DNA of 38,689 nucleotides from a bacterium (GCA_002710785.1 PAMC01000011.1:32264-70952); one strand, 5' to 3'. Shown: positions 25,652-35,094, counted from the stretch's first letter. The notes: generated by a model from the letters alone, not told the origin. Numbers and translations are program-made.

Positions 25652-26659
25652 CTAGAGATTAATCTCAATGTCTGACTCGGCTCGCAGCTCGTCGAGGTAG
25701 GCCTCGATAATATCTTGCTGCTTCTGCTGTTCAATTTGTGCCACAATCGCGTCGCGCACGGTCTCAAGCGGCGGCATCTCTTGTCCGGCTGCCACCAGCC
25801 CATCGTACACTTCAGCAATCTCTTCCTGAGACACGTCGATGGTCTCTGGGAGTACGTCGTTAGCGAGGAGTGCGTCAACGTTAAGCTGCTCACTTACGTC
25901 GTTTTGGAGGTTTTCGCGGTCAAGCCCGAGGGAGGTGAGCTCTGCGTCGAGCCCCTCAGCACCACCAAACTGAGACTCTAAGAGCTCAATGCGCTCGGCA
26001 ATCTCTTCATCGGTCGCATTGTAGCCAGCGGCTGCAGCCGCGTTTACCAAGAGTCGAGTGTTAATCAGTACTTCAAGTGCCTGGTTCTCAAGCGTGCGTC
26101 GGATTTCTGGATCTTCAATATCCAACCCCTGGGCCACCCCACCAACCAAGGTTTGCTCAACGTTTTGCTCAAAAAGTGCCTGATCAATCGCTACACCCCC
26201 AACGGTCGCGATCGGGTTTGGGTACTCACCTGGCCCTGGTTCGTTGTTGGTGATTACGGTGTAGAGCTGCCAAATAATAAGTGCGGTTACCATACCAGCG
26301 ATAAAGGCAATCAGCGGTCGGCGACTGCCTGTTTCTGCCTCAGTGGCTGCTGCCGCGAGGATGCTGTCCGACGCTTTCTTTTCAGCAGCGGGAGTTTCTT
26401 TTTTGGCCGGTGCCTCGGTTTTAGCAGCTTCTTTTGGCGCCTCCTTCTTTTCAGCTGCTGGCTCTCCGTCGGCTTTTTTTATCAGCGCAGTTTCTGTCTT
26501 TTGGGCAACCGCTGGCTTTTCCGCTTCGGTTGCCTTTATTACTTCCTTCCCTGATTTTGCGCTCTCGTTGGTTGGGAGCGCTGGTGTAGTTGGCTTAGTC
26601 TCAAGCTTTGCCGACTCCGCCGCGTTCGTGTTTTTGTTTTTCTCGTCCATACGATCCAT
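25652..26659 (-). CDS. membrane-anchored SurA-N-domain-like chaperone (no PPIase domain seen)
   Basis: Lys/Glu/Ala-rich N-terminus, TM segment (LIAFIAGMVTALIIWQL), then a helical region (VGGVAIDQALFEQNVEQTL...IIEAYLDELRAESDIEI) resembling SurA_N-type proteins. Confidence 0.55.
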   Translation of the reverse strand: MDRMDEKNKNTNAAESAKLETKPTTPALPTNESAKSGKEVIKATEAEKPAVAQKTETALIKKADGEPAAEKKEAPKEAAKTEAPAKKETPAAEKKASDSILAAAATEAETGSRRPLIAFIAGMVTALIIWQLYTVITNNEPGPGEYPNPIATVGGVAIDQALFEQNVEQTLVGGVAQGLDIEDPEIRRTLENQALEVLINTRLLVNAAAAAGYNATDEEIAERIELLESQFGGAEGLDAELTSLGLDRENLQNDVSEQLNVDALLANDVLPETIDVSQEEIAEVYDGLVAAGQEMPPLETVRDAIVAQIEQQKQQDIIEAYLDELRAESDIEINL

Positions 26660-26735
26660 TATCGGTTATGTCAGTAGCCTAGCACGTGTACTCCGACTGT
26701 CATCTTCACGAGCAGCTAATCGTGGGCTCTAATCA

Positions 26736-26769
26736 AAACAGCCGGTGGGCGCACGCCCACCGGCTGTTT
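26736..26769 (-). terminator. Rho-independent terminator after the csp gene
   Basis: ACAGCCGGTGGGCG / CGCCCACCGGCTGT stem, followed on the minus strand by TTTTG. Confidence 0.75.
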
Positions 26770-26784
26770 CGTGTCGAGTACTGC

Positions 26785-27108
26785 TTACGCAGTCTCTTCC
26801 TCAGTTGCCTCTGGAGCAGCTTCCTCCGCTGCTTCTTCGGCTGGAGCTTCCTCGGTAGCTGGTGCTTCTGCTACTTCTTCAGCAGCTGGAGCTGGCGCGT
26901 CGCTTTTAGCTACGTCTACGGCGGCTGGACCTTTTGGACCATCCTCTACCTCAAAGGTAACCGCGTCACCCTCGCGCATATCGTCGAAGATAACGTCACC
27001 AATGACTGAACGAGCGTGGAAGAAAAGATCCTTTTCACCACCCTCAGCTGGAGTAATAAAACCGAAGCCCTTGTCTTCAATCATTTTTGCAATCGTACCG
27101 GTTGCCAT
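26785..27108 (-). CDS. cold-shock domain protein with a 40-aa Ala/Glu-rich tail
   Basis: The translation shows RNP1-like KGFGFI and RNP2-like DLFFH within MATGTIAKMIEDKGFGFITPAEGGEKDLFFHARSV. The tail is APAPAAEEVAEAPATEEAPAEEAAEEAAPEATEEETA. Confidence 0.88.
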   Translation of the reverse strand: MATGTIAKMIEDKGFGFITPAEGGEKDLFFHARSVIGDVIFDDMREGDAVTFEVEDGPKGPAAVDVAKSDAPAPAAEEVAEAPATEEAPAEEAAEEAAPEATEEETA

Positions 27109-27324
27109 AAATGTGTTGTGTTAGGAATGGACGACGTACGTCGTACATACATATGTGTGTAATCCAAAACCTTCTTCACCTGACCTTACTTCTTTGTGGT
27201 GTTGCCGAGCGGGCAGACACCGAAATATTCCAAGAGGAGAACTGCTTTGACGGCAGTAGTAAAGCACGTTTGGGTAAAAATACAAGGTTTGCACGCGCGT
27301 TCATTTTGCGTACAGTACACCCAT

Positions 27325-29754
27325 ATGAAATTACTGGGAACAACACTACGAGGTTTTTTTATTACCCTATTACTCGCGTTTGCTTTGCCGACCGCTGCCC
27401 AAGTCGAAGATTGCGGCAACTACATCTACATTGAAGATGGCCAGCGCTTTGAAGAACCGATCAGCGACTGCGACAACCCATTCGGAGAGCTCAATCCCAA
27501 TTCCAATCTAGAGGTGTATTTTGCCGGTACTCAGATTACCGAAAGCGCTGAGCTTCCCCTGCTTAGTGTGTCGGGTGAATTTACAACAGTAAACGCCGAT
27601 GCGTTCGATATATCTTTCGATCTCTATCGTCACGTGGAGGACGGTTACATCGTCCCTGAATTTTTCGGTTCGTATACGTTTAGCGCAACGGGCACATACA
27701 CGCTCGTGGTGTATGAGTTTGGTGAGCCAATTTTGGGTTGGCAGCAGTGGTTGCGCGATCAACTCATACCGACCGCGTACGCTGCCGAAGGCGACATCAC
27801 TGCGATCACCTTCACGGTAGTTGAGTCAGCGCCGGAACCCACTGGCGCCTCCAATGTCCTCTTCCTCCCCGGCATTAAAGCCAGCCGATTGTATGAAGAT
27901 GGGTTGGTTGGCTCAGATAGATTGTGGGAGCCAAATAATAATGGTGACGTACTCCAGCTGGCTTTAGATGAAAGCGGTGATTCAATTAATGATATATACA
28001 CCAGTGATATTCTTGAAGAAATTTTTGGCGTCGATAATGTATACAAGGAATTTTCTGACCGAATGGATGATTTAGTGGCTACCACATCCGAAGCGCAGAT
28101 TGCGGCCTGGATACCTTTCCCGTACGACTGGCGTCAGAGTGTCTTCGATGTCGTAGAGAACGGCACGCAGTATCAAGACGGCCTCCGTTTTCCCGTTGAT
28201 GCACTAGAACAACTAGCTGAACAATCTTTAAGCGGCCAAGTCACCATCATTGCCCACTCCAACGGTGGTCTACTTGGCAAAGCTCTCATTTCTGAGCTTG
28301 AGCGACAGGGTAAGGTGGATCTGGTCGACCACTTTATTATGATAGGTACCCCCCAATTAGGTACACCAAAATTGCTTGCTTCTGCGTTACATGGCTATAA
28401 GGAGGAATTGGCATATGGATTAATTGCGTCTGATGAGACCGTTCGTGGCATTATTCGCAATATGCCGGGCGCGTATGGGTTACTACCAGGCGAAGCCTAC
28501 TTCGACAGCCGCAATGATATTGTCATTGGGTTTGACGCGTCTGAGACCACCGCACCGTTTCGTGAGGTATACGGTAACGCCGTTACATTTGATGAGTTAG
28601 ACGACTTTCTACTTGGTGGTGACGGTCGAGGCCGAGCTGAAACTGCCAATGAGGCGGAAATCCTAAATGAGATTTTACTCACAAAGGCCAATCAAGAGCG
28701 ATTATTGCTCGATAATTGGGTTGCTCCAAGCAACGTCAACGTGTATGAAATCGTAGGTACCGGAATTGATTCTATCTCTGGTTTTGAGTACCAAGAATTT
28801 CCTACGTGGCGATGCCTTCTTGGGGTTTGTAGACAAAGTTCGAAGATTTACGAACCAATCCCGTATGTCACTCAATTTGGTGATGAGACCGTTGTTGGTA
28901 ACTCGGCGGATGGTGGTGAAAGTGATGCAACTTATTACGTTGATCTTAACCGCCTCGACGATGAAGTCGGTGAGTTCCGCACCCACAAGGACCTAACTGA
29001 TGCCACGCCTGTACTGAACCTCGTGACGTCTCTCTTGTTGAACGAAGATAACCCAATTATTCCATTTGTGTCGCAAGACCGACCCGAGTATGCCGACGAC
29101 CGTGCGATGCTTTCAACCCACTCCCCGGTCTACTTTTTCGTTACTGATACGTCAGGCAATCGTACTGGTCGCATTTCTTCAGTCGAGAGTGTTGAAGAAA
29201 TCTCCGGCAGTCAGTATTTTGAGTTTGGCGGCAGCCACTTTGTCATTCTTCCCAATGATGTTGACTATACTGTTACGATTCTTGGTGAAGACGAGGGAGG
29301 TATGACGTTCAGGGCAGCTAAGTTACTCGGCGAAACTCAAACCGAGACGGCTCGAGTGAACGTTGCCACCACTTCAGCTAGCACAACTATCACATTTACT
29401 GCTACTGCAGGAGAATTCTCCGACCTTGAAGTTGATGTTGAGGGTGATGGTCAACTCGACTACATCGTCACTCCGGAGGGTGACGTCACAATCATTGATA
29501 ACGCGGTTACGTACGAGACGCTGCGTGCAGCCATTAAAGAAGAAGTGGAGAATCCTCAGTACCGTCGAGTACTGCTCTCGCTCACTCGACTTGCAGAACG
29601 GTTTAGTGAGCGACCCGGCCGCTATGCTGCACGCATCGAAGCGCGTTTACTGAATCGGCTACTCTGGATCACTCAGTATTTGGCAACCGTCGATAATACC
29701 GCTGATTGGCCACAAATTATTGCTACAATAGAAGCATTAAAGTCGTATGAATAA
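27325..29754 (+). CDS. secreted alpha/beta-hydrolase (lipase/esterase-like), about 809 aa
   Basis: Signal peptide from ATG 27325 (MKLLGTTLRGFFITLLLAFALPTAAQ). Nucleophile elbow VTIIAHSNGGLLG (GxSxG type). Large C-terminal beta-rich region. The track start at 27196 is an upstream extension. Confidence 0.75.
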   Translation: MKLLGTTLRGFFITLLLAFALPTAAQVEDCGNYIYIEDGQRFEEPISDCDNPFGELNPNSNLEVYFAGTQITESAELPLLSVSGEFTTVNADAFDISFDLYRHVEDGYIVPEFFGSYTFSATGTYTLVVYEFGEPILGWQQWLRDQLIPTAYAAEGDITAITFTVVESAPEPTGASNVLFLPGIKASRLYEDGLVGSDRLWEPNNNGDVLQLALDESGDSINDIYTSDILEEIFGVDNVYKEFSDRMDDLVATTSEAQIAAWIPFPYDWRQSVFDVVENGTQYQDGLRFPVDALEQLAEQSLSGQVTIIAHSNGGLLGKALISELERQGKVDLVDHFIMIGTPQLGTPKLLASALHGYKEELAYGLIASDETVRGIIRNMPGAYGLLPGEAYFDSRNDIVIGFDASETTAPFREVYGNAVTFDELDDFLLGGDGRGRAETANEAEILNEILLTKANQERLLLDNWVAPSNVNVYEIVGTGIDSISGFEYQEFPTWRCLLGVCRQSSKIYEPIPYVTQFGDETVVGNSADGGESDATYYVDLNRLDDEVGEFRTHKDLTDATPVLNLVTSLLLNEDNPIIPFVSQDRPEYADDRAMLSTHSPVYFFVTDTSGNRTGRISSVESVEEISGSQYFEFGGSHFVILPNDVDYTVTILGEDEGGMTFRAAKLLGETQTETARVNVATTSASTTITFTATAGEFSDLEVDVEGDGQLDYIVTPEGDVTIIDNAVTYETLRAAIKEEVENPQYRRVLLSLTRLAERFSERPGRYAARIEARLLNRLLWITQYLATVDNTADWPQIIATIEALKSYE

Positions 29755-30151
29755 GTGGCGCAAGTTTAACATTGCATTATTGCTGACATTCGCTGGCCTT
29801 TATCTGTTTACAAATTGGTATTGGTCGGCGATCTGTGCCGTACAGGGCTGCGAGGCTGATTTTAGACGAGGTCTTTTAGCGACTTGGAAACAAATTAGTC
29901 TCTTCGTCCCTTTTTTTGCTGCGGGCTTTCTGATACTGCCGGTGCACTATTTTCGGGCGTACATTATTAAAGTGGTTTCATGGCTTCTACCCATTAGCAC
30001 CATCGTTATTGCTAGCTCTGACCCGATTCCCCGCGGATTCTTCTCGCTTACTCGTGAGGAGATGGTTAACCTATGGGCTGCAATTTGGTTAGTCATTACC
30101 CTCCTCTTCATCGCCTACCACTACCACCGCACCAAAGAGTTAGCAAAATAA
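29747..30151 (+). CDS. small polytopic membrane protein (134 aa), translationally coupled to the hydrolase
   Basis: ATGAATAA overlap with the hydrolase stop. About 4 hydrophobic segments. Paralog of 31090..31527 (shared NWYWS..CAV, HYFR and TREE...TLLFIAY.Y.RT motifs). Confidence 0.7.
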   Translation: MNKWRKFNIALLLTFAGLYLFTNWYWSAICAVQGCEADFRRGLLATWKQISLFVPFFAAGFLILPVHYFRAYIIKVVSWLLPISTIVIASSDPIPRGFFSLTREEMVNLWAAIWLVITLLFIAYHYHRTKELAK

Positions 30152-30171
30152 ATTTGTTGTATATAAAAAGC

Positions 30172-30200
30172 GACCCCGCCGCGCAGTGCATGGTGGGGTC
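30172..30200. terminator. hairpin between the cassette-1 membrane gene and a minus-strand ORF
   Basis: GACCCCGCC ... GGTGGGGTC (9 bp: one G-U on plus-strand RNA, one A-C mismatch on minus-strand RNA). An A-run precedes it on the plus strand, so a U-run follows it on the minus strand. Confidence 0.45.
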
Positions 30201-30230
30201 TCTGGTTAGGGGTGGGTATTTCCCCCTTTC

Positions 30231-30584
30231 TCAGGGGCGATTTCGCTCCTCGGACGGTTTTATGAACCACCAAGCGGTTCTTGCGAGTCGCTGTGCGGCG
30301 ACGCAGCCCATCGCGAGTGCCAAGAGTACAGCCGGGATGATGAGCCAGCTTACCACCCCGGTCGCACTTCCGAGGGTCATCCACCATCCGACGGCGACAG
30401 CCAAGGTGCTGACGCAGAAGAAGGTTGTGAATGTTGCCCACCAGGCGAACTGCCTGGCACCCACTCCCCGCGTATAGTCGTCACCGTTGTACCTGACCGC
30501 GAAGATTCGGCGGGACGCAGAACTGGTCAGCTCGACCAAGACACTGTCGTGCAAGAGATCCCTAACACCGAGTGGTTCACCCAT
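30231..30584 (-). CDS. possible small two-TM protein in a GC-rich patch
   Basis: The C-terminal half of track ORF 30231..30710 is hydrophobic (FAWWATFTTFFCVSTLAVAVGWW, VVSWLIIPAVLLALAMGCVAA). A minus-strand terminator-like hairpin lies downstream. The start is uncertain (ATG 30584 chosen). It overlaps the antisense strand of a decayed hydrolase fragment. Confidence 0.35.
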   Translation of the reverse strand: MGEPLGVRDLLHDSVLVELTSSASRRIFAVRYNGDDYTRGVGARQFAWWATFTTFFCVSTLAVAVGWWMTLGSATGVVSWLIIPAVLLALAMGCVAAQRLARTAWWFIKPSEERNRP

Positions 30585-31130
30585 GCCCGCAGCAGTTACG
30601 TCATCGTGCCGATCGACCTTGACTACACTGTTCATATCAGCGGTTATGCAGACGGCACCATGACGTTTACCAGTCACCAAATCACCAACACTGAGCAAAC
30701 CCTGCAGCACAAGGTGCCAGTGAATAGCATTACTGGTAGTACTACGGTAACTATCGAGTACGCCTCGCAGTCATTTGCGCCTCTGGCAGTTGACGAAGAT
30801 GGCGATGGCGGTTTTGAGTACCAACTTACGCTCACTGGTGAAAAAATCGTCGCTACTTCAACTAAACCTGCAACGTACGCAGGGTTGTACCAATTAGTAG
30901 CATTGTCAATCGATGATACCCGCGCGGTCGAGTTACTCTCCGGACTCCTGCGTCTGACTTAACGCTTTAATAAAAAAGCGGACAGTCGATATTTTGACGT
31001 AATCGAGCACCGGTTACTTACAAAAGCAGCCAGCATCATCTCGCTCTTTGCCGAGCGTAGTATACTGAGTAGCGAAAACGCAGCTACCCTTGAAGAGTAT
31101 GTTAACCAGCTTCAGCAAAAAATATTTTGA
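30456..31130 (+). pseudogene. decayed C-terminal fragment of a paralog of hydrolase 27325..29754
   Basis: My frame translation GTHSPRIVVTVVPDREDSAGRRTGQLDQDTVVQEIP...VIVPIDLDYTVHISGYADGTMTF...DEDGDGGFEY aligns with STHSPVYFFVTDTSGNRTGRISSVESVEEIS...VILPNDVDYTVTILGEDEGGMTF...DVEGDGQLDY. There is an in-frame TAA at 30960-30962, and homology continues after it (RFNKKADSRYFDVIEHRLL versus RFSERPGRYAARIEARLL). The N-terminal 600 or so codons are absent. Confidence 0.65.
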
Positions 31131-31527
31131 TAATTGGCGCTTATTTAATTTTGGCTTATTAATCTTTGGACTAATTTTATTTCTGGGAGCAGATTGGTAC
31201 TGGTCAAATGTTTGTGCTGTAGATATTTGTAGTGTTTATTTTATAGATGCATACCTTGCTCCGACACTAAATTTTGGAATAATAATTGCCGCAGCGGCTA
31301 CGCCTTTCTTAGTGTTACCAAACCACTATTTCCGCACTTGGGTGCTGTGGGTTTTTGCTCCATTGACCGCCCTAGCCCTTTACCGGGTTAGCACTATCGA
31401 CCCAAATTCTTCCAACATGTTCGCCGACACTCGCGAGGAATTTGTTGCTGGTCTTCTCGTACCATGGCTCATCGTCACCCTTCTCTTCATTGCTTATTAC
31501 TACTACCGTACGAGAAAATTGAGTTAG
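31090..31527 (+). CDS. small polytopic membrane protein, paralog of 29747..30151
   Basis: Clear alignment with the cassette-1 protein. The ancestral ATG position reads TTT GAT here, so the start is uncertain; the track start at 31090 adds 14 aa. Confidence 0.6.
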   Translation: MKSMLTSFSKKYFDNWRLFNFGLLIFGLILFLGADWYWSNVCAVDICSVYFIDAYLAPTLNFGIIIAAAATPFLVLPNHYFRTWVLWVFAPLTALALYRVSTIDPNSSNMFADTREEFVAGLLVPWLIVTLLFIAYYYYRTRKLS

Positions 31528-31579
31528 TATTCAGTTTAGTCTAGAAACAGAGAAATTTATTTTGATACAGTAAGGGTGT

Positions 31580-32710
31580 ATGCATCACTCACTGTTTTTC
31601 TTGGCCACTTTTGTCACAATTGTTAGTTCAGTCGGGTTTTATTATTACTACATCCAACCAACAAAAGCAGAAGTTGTGATACACAACGCCACAGAGCAAA
31701 CATCTCCCAGCAGCAATCTGGTTATTGATGCACCTACTTTTTCCAGTTCAACCACCTCGACAGATGATATAGCTGAACCAGTGGTGGCGCCAGAACGACC
31801 AGTAAATGTTGTGCCAACTGAAGCAACGGATATTTCAAGAAAACCGGAGTCGATATCTGAGCCCAATTCTAATTCTGAGTATGTACCCGCACAAGCGCTT
31901 AAAGCTGAATTGGATAACGAATCAGTAGAGCCAATGTTGGCTGAGCCCGAGCCAAGTGTTAGCCAAGAAGAGCTATTCCCCGCTCTTTTTATTAAACTCA
32001 TCAACGAAGAGATATCTACTGAAGAAATTGAAGCGCTAGTACCAGGAGATGATTTTTACGACTTTATCTTGGCTGAAGATTGGTTAGCATACGCCAACTA
32101 TCCCGTAGTGCCCCTACCGGAACCTGTTCGGTATCGAACGTCGAGTTCTGACTATCGTTCGTTCAATAACTTGTTACGCTACCAGGTGTCTGCTGATGAA
32201 GGATATAATCTAGCTCTGTACGCTGTCGATGTTGATCAAAACGTATCTGGTGAAGTTGCTCTAAACTCTGAATTGCGCCGTGCGTATAGTCAGGTAAAAG
32301 ATATTTCACGCGCTGAGTGGGTTGGTCGAGGTATTCAGGTTGACGATAATCCGCCACTCGAATTTACGATCATGATGAAGGGTTCGCGGGCGACGTTGGC
32401 CCAAATTGATCACTTATATTACTTAGAAGGCGCTACTGAAAAAGAATCAACAACTATCTTGAGTACGCCCAATATGCTGGCCTCGGCAACGGTCGTAACA
32501 GAAAACAATAAAATTGATATCTATAAATGGCGTGTTGATTACGACGCTGATGGTCAAATAGATTTCTTAATCAGTCATGATGGTAGCGACAAAAAGCAAG
32601 CACAGCAGATAGTTGATTTTGTACTCGAGCACGATTTATTGATTACAGAAGAACGTGAAATGCTACAAACAAATTACGACAGCATTGTGGACGCGCTAAC
32701 TGCTTCGTAA
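31580..32710 (+). CDS. membrane-anchored hypothetical protein (376 aa)
   Basis: N-terminal TM segment (LFFLATFVTIVSSVGFYYYYI), Ser/Thr/Pro/Glu-rich linker and a C-terminal globular part. No motif recognised. Confidence 0.6.
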   Translation: MHHSLFFLATFVTIVSSVGFYYYYIQPTKAEVVIHNATEQTSPSSNLVIDAPTFSSSTTSTDDIAEPVVAPERPVNVVPTEATDISRKPESISEPNSNSEYVPAQALKAELDNESVEPMLAEPEPSVSQEELFPALFIKLINEEISTEEIEALVPGDDFYDFILAEDWLAYANYPVVPLPEPVRYRTSSSDYRSFNNLLRYQVSADEGYNLALYAVDVDQNVSGEVALNSELRRAYSQVKDISRAEWVGRGIQVDDNPPLEFTIMMKGSRATLAQIDHLYYLEGATEKESTTILSTPNMLASATVVTENNKIDIYKWRVDYDADGQIDFLISHDGSDKKQAQQIVDFVLEHDLLITEEREMLQTNYDSIVDALTAS

Positions 32711-32734
32711 ATTCTCAAGCTACGGGTTTAGATC

Positions 32735-32756
32735 TTGGTATCATGCATGATACCAA
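32735..32756. repeat. 22-nt perfect palindrome sharing a 16-nt core with 20407-20422
   Basis: TTGGTATCATGCATGATACCAA between convergent genes. The core GTATCATGCATGATAC is identical to the one in the 20395-20434 palindrome. Confidence 0.7.
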
Positions 32757-32765
32757 AATACAAAA

Positions 32766-33476
32766 TTAGATTATTAGTGACTTAGGGAAGCGAGTTAGGT
32801 TTTTAGGGCCGTCTTCGGTTACCAAAATGAGATCTTCGATGCGTACACCGCCAATATTTTTATAGTACAAGCCGGGCTCGATGGTTACCACATCCCCAAC
32901 CTGAAGGATATCCTTGCTGTTGCGGCCAATACGGGGTTTGTCGTGAAGTTCTTTTGAGACACCGTGTCCGACACCGTGTACAAAGCCTTCGGCGAAAGGA
33001 AACTCTGTCCCCGCGCCCCTTGTCTCGTAGCCCGCTCTCTTAAAGTGTTGCTCAACTGCATTTTGAATATCGATACAGGACACATCAGGCGCGACCATGG
33101 CAATGGCTAGCTGTTGCGCCGCGAGTACGGTTTCGTACATTTGCTGCAGTTTGGCTGATGGCTCTCCAATACAGACCGTACGGGTCATGTCTGCAAAGTA
33201 GCCCGTGTTTTTTGAGCGAGGGTAGATATCAATGACGATCGGATGACAAGGCTGGAGTGGACCTTTCCCTTCCTCGTGTGGCTCAGCACTTTGTGTGCCG
33301 CCGGCCACGATGTGTTGCTTGGGAGACTCACAACCGTGCGCTGCGAGCACCTCATCAATAATTTCGTGCGCCCGCTCTGCCGTTGGCGTCTGATCGCTCT
33401 CTAAATACTCTACCACCGCCGCCATCGCCGCCTCGGTAGCTCGCTGCACTTCGGTAATTGCCGCAACTTTGTCCAT
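32766..33476 (-). CDS. M24 family metallopeptidase (Xaa-Pro peptidase-like, catalytic domain only)
   Basis: Metal ligand pattern DIYPRS..GYFADMTRT, HGVGHGVS.ELHD, VTIEPGLYY, GVRIEDLILVT. Confidence 0.85.
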   Translation of the reverse strand: MDKVAAITEVQRATEAAMAAVVEYLESDQTPTAERAHEIIDEVLAAHGCESPKQHIVAGGTQSAEPHEEGKGPLQPCHPIVIDIYPRSKNTGYFADMTRTVCIGEPSAKLQQMYETVLAAQQLAIAMVAPDVSCIDIQNAVEQHFKRAGYETRGAGTEFPFAEGFVHGVGHGVSKELHDKPRIGRNSKDILQVGDVVTIEPGLYYKNIGGVRIEDLILVTEDGPKNLTRFPKSLII

Positions 33477-33479
33477 TAA

Positions 33480-34106
33480 TTATGCAACGGTAAACGTATT
33501 TGCTGCCAAGGCGATAAATTTTTCTTTTCCGGCGGTGTCGATTGGTCCGACGGCTTCATAGTGCATTGGGTAAATAGTACCAATACTCTTAAATTGCTGA
33601 GCAAACGCATGTGCCGCTTCAGCGTTAAAGGTGAAGTGTCCACCAACGGGTAACATCGCGATATCTACGTCTAACTCACCAACTGGCATACCTGATGCGG
33701 TGTACATATCGCCCGCGAAGTAAATTGTCGTGTCGTCGACGACAATTAAGAAACCAAAATTTTGCGCTGGCACTTGTGGGGCGTTTGGTCCGTGGTCGAC
33801 CTCAAACGGTGTAACGGTAAAGCCGTTTGTCTCCACGGTATCGCCCGCCTTTAATTCTTCAATAGTCAGACCAGTGGCGTGAAGAGCAACAGCACATTCT
33901 GCCCCTGTGTAGACGGTTGCTGGAGCTAAAGCAGTGACGTGTTCTGCTGAGCAGTGGTCGGCATGAATGTGTGAAACTAACATTGCGTCGACCGTAACAT
34001 CGGCCAGTCTTTCAGCTGGTGTGAGTGCGCCGATGTCGACAGCTAACGTTTCCCCTACATTACTAGTGATAATAAAGCCAGATTGTTCAAATTGTGCGAT
34101 CTCCAT
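33480..34106 (-). CDS. MBL-fold metallo-hydrolase
   Basis: VSHIHADH (HxHxDH) motif and overall length of about 208 aa. Confidence 0.8.
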   Translation of the reverse strand: MEIAQFEQSGFIITSNVGETLAVDIGALTPAERLADVTVDAMLVSHIHADHCSAEHVTALAPATVYTGAECAVALHATGLTIEELKAGDTVETNGFTVTPFEVDHGPNAPQVPAQNFGFLIVVDDTTIYFAGDMYTASGMPVGELDVDIAMLPVGGHFTFNAEAAHAFAQQFKSIGTIYPMHYEAVGPIDTAGKEKFIALAANTFTVA

Positions 34107-34218
34107 TTCGCTATTGTATCAAAATGGAGCCGAAAGGCTCCTTTAGGTGTTTGCTCAGTGTTTTGCTCTCGCCATCGCAAAAACTAGGCCAAAACGCAAT
34201 GTTTGATACACTGTGCAC

Positions 34219-35022
34219 ATGAAAATCTACTCCTGGAACGTAAATGGCATCCGTGCGGTGGAGAAAAAAGGCCTACTAGAGCCGTTTTTGCGCGAGCACC
34301 AGCCAGATGTCTTGTGTATTCAAGAAACCAAGGCCCAGGAAGAGCAGGTTGACGGCCAATTTTTGGAGAAATACGGCGAATATGAGCAATATTGGCATTC
34401 TGCCGAGCGAAAAGGCTACTCTGGCACGGCCATTTTTACCAAAATACCGCCAGAAAACGTGGTTTTTGGGATTCCGGAAGACCTCAAGCACAAGTACGAG
34501 CTTGATGATACCTACGGCGATACCACTAAGGAGGGTCGAGTAACCACCGCTGAGTTTGAGCATTTCTACGTCTCCACCGTCTATACCCCCAACGCTAAAG
34601 ATGATTTAAGCCGCATTCCGATGCGCCAACACTGGGACCCAGCGTACTTAGAGTACATGCAGCGCTTAAACGAGGAAAAACCAGTCATCTACTGCGGCGA
34701 CTTTAACGTGGCGCACACCGAAATCGACCTGGCACGTCCGAAACCGAACGCAGGCAAAAAGGGGTTTACCGAAGAGGAGCGCAGCGGGTTTGACGCCATG
34801 CTCGCCGCTGGGTTCGTCGACACCTTTCGCTTGTTTGAGAAAGCGGGCGGCCACTACACCTGGTGGAGCCAGATGGGAGGGGCCCGAGCACGTAACGTTG
34901 GCTGGCGCATCGACTACGTGATGGTCGCTGAGGCGCTGGTACCGGTTGTGAAGCGGGCCAATATCCACCCCGACGTGATGGGCTCCGACCACAGTCCCGT
35001 TTCGGTTGAGATTGCGCTCTAG
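34219..35022 (+). CDS. xth: exodeoxyribonuclease III
   Basis: MKIYSWNVNGIRA, CIQETK, GDFNVAH and SDHSPV motifs of the EEP/Xth family. ATG 34219 is preferred to GTG 34213. Confidence 0.9.
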   Translation: MKIYSWNVNGIRAVEKKGLLEPFLREHQPDVLCIQETKAQEEQVDGQFLEKYGEYEQYWHSAERKGYSGTAIFTKIPPENVVFGIPEDLKHKYELDDTYGDTTKEGRVTTAEFEHFYVSTVYTPNAKDDLSRIPMRQHWDPAYLEYMQRLNEEKPVIYCGDFNVAHTEIDLARPKPNAGKKGFTEEERSGFDAMLAAGFVDTFRLFEKAGGHYTWWSQMGGARARNVGWRIDYVMVAEALVPVVKRANIHPDVMGSDHSPVSVEIAL

Positions 35023-35094
35023 GGAGCGTCAACAAATAGCGCCAATAACACCACGAAACACAAAAAAAGCAAGTATATACCCTATGTTACCAAT

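Noticed and set aside
27196-27324. Upstream 43-codon extension of the hydrolase ORF and the overlapping ORFs 27111..27434 and 27186..27419.
   Set aside because: The extension lacks a signal peptide and lies in the csp/hydrolase divergent promoter region. ATG 27325 begins a textbook signal sequence.
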